From NCBI GenBank assembly GCA_017937135.1, contig JAGBEE010000042.1, positions 11,885 to 75,884 on the forward strand: a stretch of DNA of 64,000 nt, written 5' to 3'. Positions 43,055-51,383 of this stretch are shown in pieces. How positions within the stretch are numbered: the first letter of the stretch is position 1; the number at the start of each line of letters is the position of its first letter. Source of the stretch: Clostridia bacterium. GTDB lineage: Bacteria; Bacillota; Clostridia; Oscillospirales; CAG-272. Position numbers and translations under genes: made by a program. Under the pieces are notes generated by a model. That model was not told where the DNA came from and did not search any database. It worked only from the letters and a program-made list of their open reading frames with translations.

Positions 43055-43083
43055 TTGACAAATCAGTTTTGCTTTGCTATAAT
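43055..43083 (+). promoter_or_regulatory. sigmaA promoter for the tRNA-Pro locus
   Basis: TTGACA-17 bp-TATAAT with extended -10 TG. Confidence 0.82.
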
Positions 43084-43127
43084 AGTATGGCAATCGAGAA
43101 AATCACGCTTGCAAATTCAATTAAAAT

Positions 43128-43243
43128 CGAGATGTAGCGCAGTTGTAATGAGTTTCCAAGAACACAAGCCTTTAGCGAAGTGCGATTGGCTAAAACGAAT
43201 TATGGGGGGGAGCGATAGCGAGTCCCAGTAGCGCATACGCTTT
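43128..43243 (+). pseudogene. Degenerate tRNA-Pro 5' half interrupted in the D-loop
   Basis: AAAATCGAGATGTAGCGCAGTTG is identical to the start of the intact tRNA and its 5' flank; GTAGCGC resumes after an insert of about 82 nt; no T-arm. Confidence 0.6.
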
Positions 43244-43267
43244 ATTGAGAGAGCTGATTTTAAAAAT

Positions 43268-43343
43268 CGAGATGTAGCGCAGTTGGTAGCGCGCATGCTT
43301 TGGGAGCATGATGCCGTGAGTTCGAGTCTCGCCATCTCGACCA
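43268..43343 (+). tRNA. tRNA-Pro (TGG)
   Basis: CGAGATG/CATCTCG acceptor stem, CATGC-TTTGGGA-GCATG anticodon arm, GTTCGAG T-loop, CCA. Confidence 0.96.
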
Positions 43344-43480
43344 AGCGTCTCTAATTCGAACCATAGGGATTAGGACGCCAAATGAATATTAAAGGACTAC
43401 TTTTTGAGTAGTCCTTTTTGCTATTATACCACAAATGGTACAACACATGTTGTATAATGTCAATGAAAGGAAGTGAACAA

Positions 43481-44122
43481 ATGAAAAATAATGACCCCAT
43501 TTATCCATATAAAAATCTTTTTATTACTGCTCGTCCTGGCGCAGGAGCTACCACTCTTGCCACAAACATAATAAGCAAATATTTAGATAACGGCAAAAGA
43601 TGCTTAGTATTTGAAAATCCAAACTGTTTTTTCATAGATTATATTGAAAGGACAAAAGCTATCAGAGAAAACATAGAAATAAAAACCGATTTTCCATATG
43701 TAAAAAAGCATGGTAATCTAGTAGTTACACATCGTTATTTTTTTGAGTTGGAATTTGTTCTAACAGCAGTTGAAGAGTTTAGCGCCGATGTAATAGTGTT
43801 TGAAGAAGCACGAACAATGAAAGAAGATATAAAATCGCTTATTCAGTTGGCAAGGGAACTAAAAAAGCGAGGAAAGCTTTTCATTTTTGTAACGCATATA
43901 AGTAAAAATATATCTCGCTTTTGGCACAAAGATCCAAATATACCGCTTTACTCTCGATATCGCAAAGCTATACCATATTTTGACGCCACTGTCATTATTG
44001 ACCGAGATGTATTCAATGATAACGATACAGAAAAAATTCGGTTGTTTGAAAAGGGAGAAAGAAAGTATCGGAGCATCCCTATTAACTTTGATTTTCCAAA
44101 ACAAAAAGTAACTTACAAATAG
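43481..44122 (+). CDS. DnaB/RecA-like P-loop protein with degenerate Walker A
   Basis: ITARPGAGATTLA (DnaB-type ARPG.GKT with K replaced by A), VIVFEE Walker B-like. Confidence 0.6.
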   Translation: MKNNDPIYPYKNLFITARPGAGATTLATNIISKYLDNGKRCLVFENPNCFFIDYIERTKAIRENIEIKTDFPYVKKHGNLVVTHRYFFELEFVLTAVEEFSADVIVFEEARTMKEDIKSLIQLARELKKRGKLFIFVTHISKNISRFWHKDPNIPLYSRYRKAIPYFDATVIIDRDVFNDNDTEKIRLFEKGERKYRSIPINFDFPKQKVTYK

Positions 44123-44180
44123 TCTTGCAAGGTTGCGACAAATATGGTACAATAGTATTATCAAGGATGGTGGTAATATT

Positions 44181-45164
44181 ATGGCTAACGAAACAAAAAA
44201 GCTTGCTCTTTTAAGAATACTTGAAATTTTACAAGACAGGACTGACTCTGAGCATTTGCTCACCCATACAGAAATTGCAGATATTTTGCTTTCTAAATAC
44301 GGAATTGAAATTGAACGCAAGGCTGTAGGCAGAAATATTTCACTGCTTCTTGAAGCTGATTACGACATTATAACAACAAAACGCGGTGTTTATCTTAATG
44401 AACGAAAATATGAGCCATCTGAAATAAGATTACTTATTGACGGAGTTTTATCAAGTCAGCATGTTGGAGTGATACATTCTAAAGATTTAATTGAAAAATT
44501 AGCAAGTGAGGAAAATATTTATTTCAAGAAAAATATTAAACATATTCACTCTGTTTGCGACTTCAACAAAACAGAAAACCCAACTATTTTTTATAGCATA
44601 GACACAATACACGAAGCGATAGATTTGGGCAAGATGGTTGAATATGATTATAATAAATATGGAGCTGATAAAAAGCTACATAAAACCTCTTTTCAAAGAA
44701 TTTCGCCATATCAGTTAATCTTGCACAATCAACGCTACTACCTTATGGGTTATAGCTCCTACTGGGGACATATGGTTTACCATAGACTTGACAGAATCAC
44801 AAATATGGTTGTGTCAGATAGGCCCCTTGTGCCGATAAAAGAGATTAAGGGCTTTGAAAACGGAATCAATTACAAAAATCTAACCACAGCTATGCCCTAT
44901 ATGTTCTCTGATACGCCAGAAACAATTGAAATATTGGCAAAGGAGTTTATAATCGACCAAGTGATAGATTGGTTTGGAAAAGATATAAAAATAATTAAAA
45001 CCGAAAATGAAGAAATATACAAAATCATTCTTAAATCAAGTCCAACTGCTATGCTTTTTTGGGCTATGCAATACACCGATGAGTGTGAGGTTATAAAGCC
45101 GATAACGCTAAGAGAAAAAATAAAAGAAACAATAAATAAGGCAAAGGAAAAATACGAAAAATGA
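44181..45164 (+). CDS. WYL-domain transcriptional regulator (wHTH-WYL-WCX)
   Basis: N-terminal wHTH (IERKAVGRNI), SPYQL....RYYL, HRLDRI, C-terminal WAMQY...EVIKP..LRE. Confidence 0.9.
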   Translation: MANETKKLALLRILEILQDRTDSEHLLTHTEIADILLSKYGIEIERKAVGRNISLLLEADYDIITTKRGVYLNERKYEPSEIRLLIDGVLSSQHVGVIHSKDLIEKLASEENIYFKKNIKHIHSVCDFNKTENPTIFYSIDTIHEAIDLGKMVEYDYNKYGADKKLHKTSFQRISPYQLILHNQRYYLMGYSSYWGHMVYHRLDRITNMVVSDRPLVPIKEIKGFENGINYKNLTTAMPYMFSDTPETIEILAKEFIIDQVIDWFGKDIKIIKTENEEIYKIILKSSPTAMLFWAMQYTDECEVIKPITLREKIKETINKAKEKYEK

Positions 45165-45826
45165 ATGCAGCAATTGATATTATAATAACTTTCTTGAAAA
45201 ACTGGAATAGTTACAAAGAAGATGGCAAAACTTATGAATATTTAGGCAGGGCCAGCGATAAATACAATGCCGAATGTATAAATTTGTGGTCACCTAGATA
45301 TTTGCTCGGTCAAATTCTCCGCCAAATTCCTGTTTCAAAAAAGTACGTTTCAGACAAAGCGCAAGAATTGTGGCATCAGTTAACTGATGAAGATATATGG
45401 AAATACAATTATCAAGACAAAGTGCTTGTAACGAAAAACAAGGATTTTATTGCAAAAAAATATAAAGGTGCTTCTAAAACAGCGGAAGACAAAGAAGGAA
45501 AAGCAGTAGGAAATAGCTTTATATTTAGAGAAGTGTTTCACGATGAGCATATAATTCCTATAGCAGTTATTATTGAAGAATTGTTAAATTTAAAAGACAG
45601 TGAAATTGAAATTACATCCGAAAGAGTTGCAAAAATAATAAATAAAATATGCATTTGCCGCATAACAAAGGAAGAAGATCGCAAAATAAATCCTCGATAT
45701 AAACGATCTTCTGATTTGTCAGAAGCTTATGAAACAGCTTACAAGCTGAATAAAGTCAAAATAACTTCATTAGAAGAAGAACTGAGAAATCAAAAGGAGA
45801 AAAATAATGAAGACTTGGGAAATTAG
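45161..45826 (+). CDS. Hypothetical protein with HNH/His-Me-finger-like motif
   Basis: FHDEHIIP...CICRITKEED; ATGA overlap with the WYL gene. Confidence 0.6.
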   Translation: MNAAIDIIITFLKNWNSYKEDGKTYEYLGRASDKYNAECINLWSPRYLLGQILRQIPVSKKYVSDKAQELWHQLTDEDIWKYNYQDKVLVTKNKDFIAKKYKGASKTAEDKEGKAVGNSFIFREVFHDEHIIPIAVIIEELLNLKDSEIEITSERVAKIINKICICRITKEEDRKINPRYKRSSDLSEAYETAYKLNKVKITSLEEELRNQKEKNNEDLGN

Positions 45827-45971
45827 ATATTATATAACAGAAAGCTCTTTGAGATGCGATATACCTGCTTTTAAAGAAACAATACGAGGAGACAGAAACT
45901 ATGTCGCTAATTGGGCGGAACAAAAAATCAGAAATTCTCAATTCAAATTTTACAGAATGATTGAAAAATAG
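45807..45971 (+). CDS. Small hypothetical protein, 54 aa (absent from the ORF track)
   Basis: AAAGGAG RBS; MKTWEIRYYITESSLRCDIPAFKETIRGDRNYVANWAEQKIRNSQFKFYRMIEK. Confidence 0.65.
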   Translation: MKTWEIRYYITESSLRCDIPAFKETIRGDRNYVANWAEQKIRNSQFKFYRMIEK

Positions 45972-46315
45972 TTTTTAGTGCAAAATTTTTATATTTTTGC
46001 TCAAAGCACCCTCTCGCCAGCATTGGTAAAGCCTATGCTACAAGGCTTTATCACACTTTTTCAATTGGGTTCGAGTCAGGTGTCGCCACTTCGACCACCT
46101 ATGACTAAGTTGAACACACGGGTTTGTGATGTCGACTTAGTCATTTTTGTTTTCGCATACAAAGGAGCCACTTGTTTGAGTGGCTCCTTTTGCACTTATT
46201 TTATCTTTTGCCCTTTGTTGGCAGCATCACAATATCACAGAAAAATACAAAAGTCCAGAAAAGAATAAAGCGAGTGCCGAAGCACTCGCTTTTAGGAAGT
46301 ATTAACTCAACGATT

Positions 46316-47644
46316 CTATAATTTTTTTATGTATATTATATTGGCTATTGGTTCTATAAGAATCATTTGTTTACCATTTATATTTACGTCTAGTTTTATT
46401 GTTTGTTCATCAATCTCTTTAACTTCACCATTAGAAACCACCGTGTTAATTTGAAATTTCGCATCAACAAAATCGCCAATTTTAAGAATTGATAAAACTT
46501 CTTTTGTTTTCTTTTCATACTTGGATTTTTCATAATCAAAATATTCTTCTCTGTGTTCGTACACCTCATTCAAACCAGCATTAAATGCTACACAAATATC
46601 GCTAGGATGATATGGGGGTCTAATATATCTTCTTATTTTTAGATATAATTCCATACCTTCGGATGTAGCATTTCCCTTCTTTTTTTCATATGGTGATATA
46701 TCAAATTTTTCAATATTTTTTGACATACAGTATGAGCTTACTAATTCTTTTACTTTTTTAAAAGACTCGTCTGTTAAAACAAGTAGAAATGGTAAACCTT
46801 CAATATCTCCCAAAATATCTTGTTGTTCTAATATTTCCTTATGAGGAGAATTTTGACGTGCTTGTTCCATAGTTTTTTTATACTCAATGTAATCACTATC
46901 GATTATAAATGGTGGCAACGTATAGTTGCACATTCCACATGTAAACAATTCAGATCCAAAATCCAATTCATACTTTTCGGATTTATAATCCCAATCAAAA
47001 TATCTAGATGGTAAACATGTATTATATATCGCTAACAAATAGAATGCTGCTAAAACCATAATTGCATTTTTTACTGTCCCATGTTTAGGTATGCTCTGAA
47101 TATAATTATGCTTTATATCTTGATAACTTTTACACCAATCAACATTCTCTAACTTATTTGAAGGGGGTGACCATATTCCTTCATTCGTATGATGCTCCCA
47201 CTTTCCACCTTCACATTTTTCTACCGAAATGTTTGAAAACGGAAGCAGCATTCTTCCGTATTTACTAAAGTGAAATCGTTCAATTTTTAGTTGTACCATT
47301 TTCTTTCCCAAAGAAAATTTTTTGTCGATTTCTACCAAACAATTATAATCATACTTCCACTTTTCTCTTATCCATTTTTCATTAAATTTTGAAGGAGATC
47401 CTTTAAATGAGATTGGGGTTATATCTAAATCGATTTGAAATGGGAAAATATGATTTTCATAGATGTCTTTTGCTAGTGACTCAATTTTTATACAAGCAGA
47501 ATTTATGATATCTGCTAGTTCTGAAGAGTATACATCTATTTGCTCATCATCAAAATAAATTGAATGAGAAATTCTAATAAGCTGTTTTTCTAATAATCTA
47601 TAACTATTCCAATACGCTTCGCTGGTGTTTCTATTAACTAACAT
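46316..47644 (-). CDS. Hypothetical protein, 442 aa, AT-rich
   Basis: Long ORF with AGGAGG RBS; no family confidently recognised. Confidence 0.75.
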   Translation of the reverse strand: MLVNRNTSEAYWNSYRLLEKQLIRISHSIYFDDEQIDVYSSELADIINSACIKIESLAKDIYENHIFPFQIDLDITPISFKGSPSKFNEKWIREKWKYDYNCLVEIDKKFSLGKKMVQLKIERFHFSKYGRMLLPFSNISVEKCEGGKWEHHTNEGIWSPPSNKLENVDWCKSYQDIKHNYIQSIPKHGTVKNAIMVLAAFYLLAIYNTCLPSRYFDWDYKSEKYELDFGSELFTCGMCNYTLPPFIIDSDYIEYKKTMEQARQNSPHKEILEQQDILGDIEGLPFLLVLTDESFKKVKELVSSYCMSKNIEKFDISPYEKKKGNATSEGMELYLKIRRYIRPPYHPSDICVAFNAGLNEVYEHREEYFDYEKSKYEKKTKEVLSILKIGDFVDAKFQINTVVSNGEVKEIDEQTIKLDVNINGKQMILIEPIANIIYIKKL

Positions 47645-47661
47645 TTTTCCTCCTATATATT

Positions 47662-48552
47662 TTAATATTCCACTCTGAAGTAGTCAAGCCAAGCTTTGAA
47701 TTTATCTTGGGCGGTGAGGCATGTATCGATAAGATAACCTTTTTCTCGCTTCCATTCGGTAAGCCCACGGTAGTAGAACATTTTTAAGTTTTCATCAATT
47801 ACAAATGGCACAATATTATGCTTTAAGCATTCCTTGAACAGCAGTAATCTACCAACTCTTCCATTTCCGTCTTGGAATGGGTGAATGCACTCAAACTGAT
47901 AATGGAAATCTATTATTTCTTCAAGTGTTTTATTTTCACTCTTGTTATACTCTTCAAGGAGCTTTTTCATTTCTGTAGCTACCTTTTCCGGTGGTGTTGT
48001 ATCCTTGCCGCCTACCTCGTTTGGAACTTTCTTGTAATCGCCAACAGCAAACCAAGATATTCTGCTATCTGATGTTCCGTTTTTGAGTATTCGGTGTAGC
48101 TCTTTTATAAGTGATTCAGTTATATTTGAATTGGCTTTATCAATAATCAAATCAATACATCTAAAGTGATTTGCTGTTTCTACTACATCATCAACATTAA
48201 CAGATGTATCGCTAACGCCTATTGTATTAGTTTCATAGATATATCTTGTTTGGTCATGTGTCAAACGGCTTCCCTCAATATGGTTAGAGTTATAGGTTAG
48301 CTCGATTTGCACCTTGTGATATATTCCGCCTGTCATTTTAGCTTGCTTTTCAGCTTTAAGAACATTAAGCAGTGTTCTTTTTGTTTCTACTTGCTTGTTT
48401 TTTCTTTCAGGCTTTTTTGCATCCTCTGGTATTGTCCATGTCTTGCCAACAAGGATTGCTCCTTCTACTCTTCCTTCGGCACAGTAGTTTCTAACACTAC
48501 GCTCTGACATATTCCATTTTTTTGCCATTTCAGCAACAGATATATAACTCAT
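47662..48552 (-). CDS. Fic-domain protein with N-terminal HTH
   Basis: HPFQDGNGRVGR Fic motif; TYNSNHIEG; N-terminal SVAEMAKKW...RSVRNYC; GAGGTG RBS before 48552. Confidence 0.92.
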   Translation of the reverse strand: MSYISVAEMAKKWNMSERSVRNYCAEGRVEGAILVGKTWTIPEDAKKPERKNKQVETKRTLLNVLKAEKQAKMTGGIYHKVQIELTYNSNHIEGSRLTHDQTRYIYETNTIGVSDTSVNVDDVVETANHFRCIDLIIDKANSNITESLIKELHRILKNGTSDSRISWFAVGDYKKVPNEVGGKDTTPPEKVATEMKKLLEEYNKSENKTLEEIIDFHYQFECIHPFQDGNGRVGRLLLFKECLKHNIVPFVIDENLKMFYYRGLTEWKREKGYLIDTCLTAQDKFKAWLDYFRVEY

Positions 48553-48766
48553 ATTTACACCTCTAAATTTTATCTTGTATATAGTATAACACTTTATCGG
48601 CAAAATATCAATACGTTTTCGATATTTCGGTTCTATTTTTGCCGATAATGGAATTTTCCAATTACAAAAAGCCACTCAACCGAGTGGCTTCCTTTAATTT
48701 TTAATTAGTAAAATATGAGTTAAATCATTTTGAATATTTGAGAATATGTACTAAATTTGAGTATTT

Positions 48767-49262
48767 TCAATTATTGCGTTTCTCGTGTTTTTTCACAAGT
48801 AGGATAAGTCCGATAATCATAATGGTTGGGAACAAGATGGCAAAAAGCAAGCCTATTTTTAAATCGCCTCCTACGTGATCAGCGATTGCACCGACCATAG
48901 CAGGGCTTACTGTTGCGCCTAAATCTCCTGCTAATGCTAAAAAAGCAAACATCGCCGTTCCTCCCTTTGGGCATTTTTGCGAGGAAATGCTGATTGTTCC
49001 TGGCCACATAATGCCAACCGACAAGCCACAAAGTGCGCAACCGACAAGACCTATAATTGAGATTGATGATAGGGATGCCAACAGGTAGCATATAACACAC
49101 ATAACGCCACATCCAAGCATAACCTTGGTTAAGTCAAGCTTTTCGTTGAGCTTGCCATAAAATACACGTGCAAGTCCCATAAAAACAGCAAACATACATG
49201 GACCTAATAAATCACCTATGGCTTTAGAAACACCGAGTGCTGATTCTGTAAAGGCTGAGCAC
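48767..49262 (-). pseudogene. MFS transporter, C-terminal part only
   Basis: SAFTESALG, GPCMFAVFMG..R, GIMWPGT, LALAGDLG; no plausible N-terminal half or start. Confidence 0.75.
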
Positions 49263-49398
49263 GACGCATTCCGCGAGTGCTTGACTGGTAACATTGTTGC
49301 TCGCGTAACAGACGGCACAGTTACTCCATAAATTTATAAATAAATCAACGGCAAGGATTTTACCTTGCCGTTAACTCATAAGAAAAGGTAAAAATGAT

Positions 49399-50571
49399 AT
49401 GACAAGTTATCAGCTCTATGTTTTTTTGATGTGTCTAATCGTTTTTGTTCTGCTTGCCTCACTCTCTATTTTCTGTATTTACACAATTATGCGCTTAACA
49501 ATACGCTTAATTAGGCATGGAGCTGAGGATGAACGAATATTAGATGAGCACAAAAAAAGTTCTGCTAAAAAGCGAAAAGGTAAATTATCAAAGCTTTTAG
49601 GCTATGCATTTTCAGGCATAGTCTGCTTTGTGTTGCTCGCTGTTCTTGTCTGCTCATTAATCATCAAGGGCACAAATGGCTCTGTTGTTGGTGATATTCC
49701 CGTTTACCGTGTTGTTAACACAGGCTCTATGGCAAAGAAAAACGAGAGAAACCAATACCTTTATGAAAACAAATTAGATAATCAAATTCAAACCTTTGAC
49801 CTTATTCGCACTGAAAAGCTCCCCGATGAAATGGAGCTTAAATTATACGATATTGTAGTTTATGAGACGGACGGAATGCTAATTGTTCACAGAATTGTGG
49901 AAATTGAGGAGCCGAATCAGTATCATCCTAATTGCCGCCACTTTAGGCTTCAAGGAGATAGTGTTGAATCCCCTGACCGTTTCCCTGTTTTATACTCGCA
50001 AATGCGTGCTATTTATAATGGAGAGCGCATCCCATTTATAGGAAGCTTCATTATGTTTATGCAGTCTCCTGCAGGTTGGCTTTGCTCACTTTTTGTTCTT
50101 CTTTCGGTATGTGCTATACCATTTCTTGAGTCTAAGCTTGAAAAAGAAAAGGAAAAGCGCTTGCTTCTTTATATGGGAAGCAATAGTGAAACCGTGGTTA
50201 AGAAGAAGATTCCTGAAGCTCCAAGCGTAACAATTACAAAATTCTCACCTATAACACTTCACACAATGAAGGGTGGAATCTCAGCTGTAACACTCGATCA
50301 GCTTAACAGTAGCTACAACGCTGGAGAAACCGTCGATATAGGTTCTCTTAAAAGCAAGGAGCTTGTTCATCCCGCTTGTAGGTTAATAAAGATTATTGCA
50401 TATGGTAAGCTTGAAAAGGCGTTAACTGTCAAGGCGGATTTCTTCTCGCCTAAGGCACGCGAGGCTATTATTCTTGCTGGTGGAATAGCTATTACATTAC
50501 CAGAGGCTTGTAAAAGCTCAAGCGCCACACCAAATTCTAAAGAATACGGTGGAGGTGACACCAATGTTTAA
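49399..50571 (+). CDS. SipW-like (S26) signal peptidase with C-terminal uL15-like domain
   Basis: V.TGSM (Ser), IVHRIV (His), LQGD; C-terminal VTLDQL...GETVD...L...IKIIAYGKLEKALTVKA..FS..A.EAI..AGG. Confidence 0.75.
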   Translation: MTSYQLYVFLMCLIVFVLLASLSIFCIYTIMRLTIRLIRHGAEDERILDEHKKSSAKKRKGKLSKLLGYAFSGIVCFVLLAVLVCSLIIKGTNGSVVGDIPVYRVVNTGSMAKKNERNQYLYENKLDNQIQTFDLIRTEKLPDEMELKLYDIVVYETDGMLIVHRIVEIEEPNQYHPNCRHFRLQGDSVESPDRFPVLYSQMRAIYNGERIPFIGSFIMFMQSPAGWLCSLFVLLSVCAIPFLESKLEKEKEKRLLLYMGSNSETVVKKKIPEAPSVTITKFSPITLHTMKGGISAVTLDQLNSSYNAGETVDIGSLKSKELVHPACRLIKIIAYGKLEKALTVKADFFSPKAREAIILAGGIAITLPEACKSSSATPNSKEYGGGDTNV

Positions 50572-51208
50572 GCGTTATGTATTTATATTCTTAACCTTGA
50601 TAGTTGCAATTTCCTCGGTTGGCGGCGTTTACGCCACTTGGCTTTATGCAGAATCTCCCCCTATTTCAGTAAATCAAGGCGTCGGTGTTTCTATTTCGGA
50701 ATTTAATTATCCTCCCGAGGAAATTCTACCAGGTGGAGGTGAAGGCACAGGCGGAGTTGAGATAGGTCAGGACCACTATCATACAATTCAGTTAATTGTT
50801 GATGAGGCGGGCAAGGGATACAGTCTTAATAGCTCTGGCTCTATACTCCATTCACTTCTACGAAACAATGAGGTGATATATTCTAATCAAAAGGTGTCTG
50901 GTGGTAACCTTAAATTTATACTTGACCCAAGCAACAATACTCACAAGCTTTACTATGCTTTAGAAAGAGTGAGCGACACGCTATACTATGCTTATACATT
51001 CTCAATAGATGAGCTTTCTACTGCCGGTGGCACGGACATAGAAATTGTAGCTTACAGAACAAGTATTGAATATACGGACAAATGGTATGCAACAGAAAGC
51101 CATATGGGATATGCCAAAACAGCAACTCTTCGCGAGCTTGGCGCAAGCGCTGACCCCAAGGCAGTTCCATACTCTATTGTCGTAAGTGATTGGCATTTGC
51201 ACGCTTGA
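50564..51208 (+). CDS. Secreted protein with SipW-type signal peptide
   Basis: Hydrophobic N-terminus ending GGVYATW; GGAGGTG RBS; overlaps the peptidase stop. Confidence 0.65.
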   Translation: MFKRYVFIFLTLIVAISSVGGVYATWLYAESPPISVNQGVGVSISEFNYPPEEILPGGGEGTGGVEIGQDHYHTIQLIVDEAGKGYSLNSSGSILHSLLRNNEVIYSNQKVSGGNLKFILDPSNNTHKLYYALERVSDTLYYAYTFSIDELSTAGGTDIEIVAYRTSIEYTDKWYATESHMGYAKTATLRELGASADPKAVPYSIVVSDWHLHA

Positions 51209-51383
51209 AATAAAATTTAGGGCTTTCTTAATGAGAAAGCCCTTTTTATTGCTTATTATCAAGTCATTGCTCATCAGCGTTTTTTGCTGTCAAATTAGTT
51301 ATTTAAATATGGCTACTACCCCCTTGTTTGCAGCCCTGATTAAAAGCAAAGCGCCTTAGTCTTTAGCTAAGGCGCTTTTTGAA

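Larger units (their letters stand above)
43344..46097. mobile_element. Putative degenerate genomic islet at tRNA-Pro (no integrase visible)
   Basis: Bounded by the tRNA 3' end and an imperfect copy GGTTCGAGTC..TCGCCACTTCGACCA at 46068-46097; AT-rich accessory genes inside. Confidence 0.55.

Noticed and set aside
43117-43344. 75-aa minus-strand ORF
   Set aside because: Antisense to tRNA-Pro.
45978-46268. 96-aa ORF
   Set aside because: Runs across the att-like repeat and terminator hairpins; no RBS.
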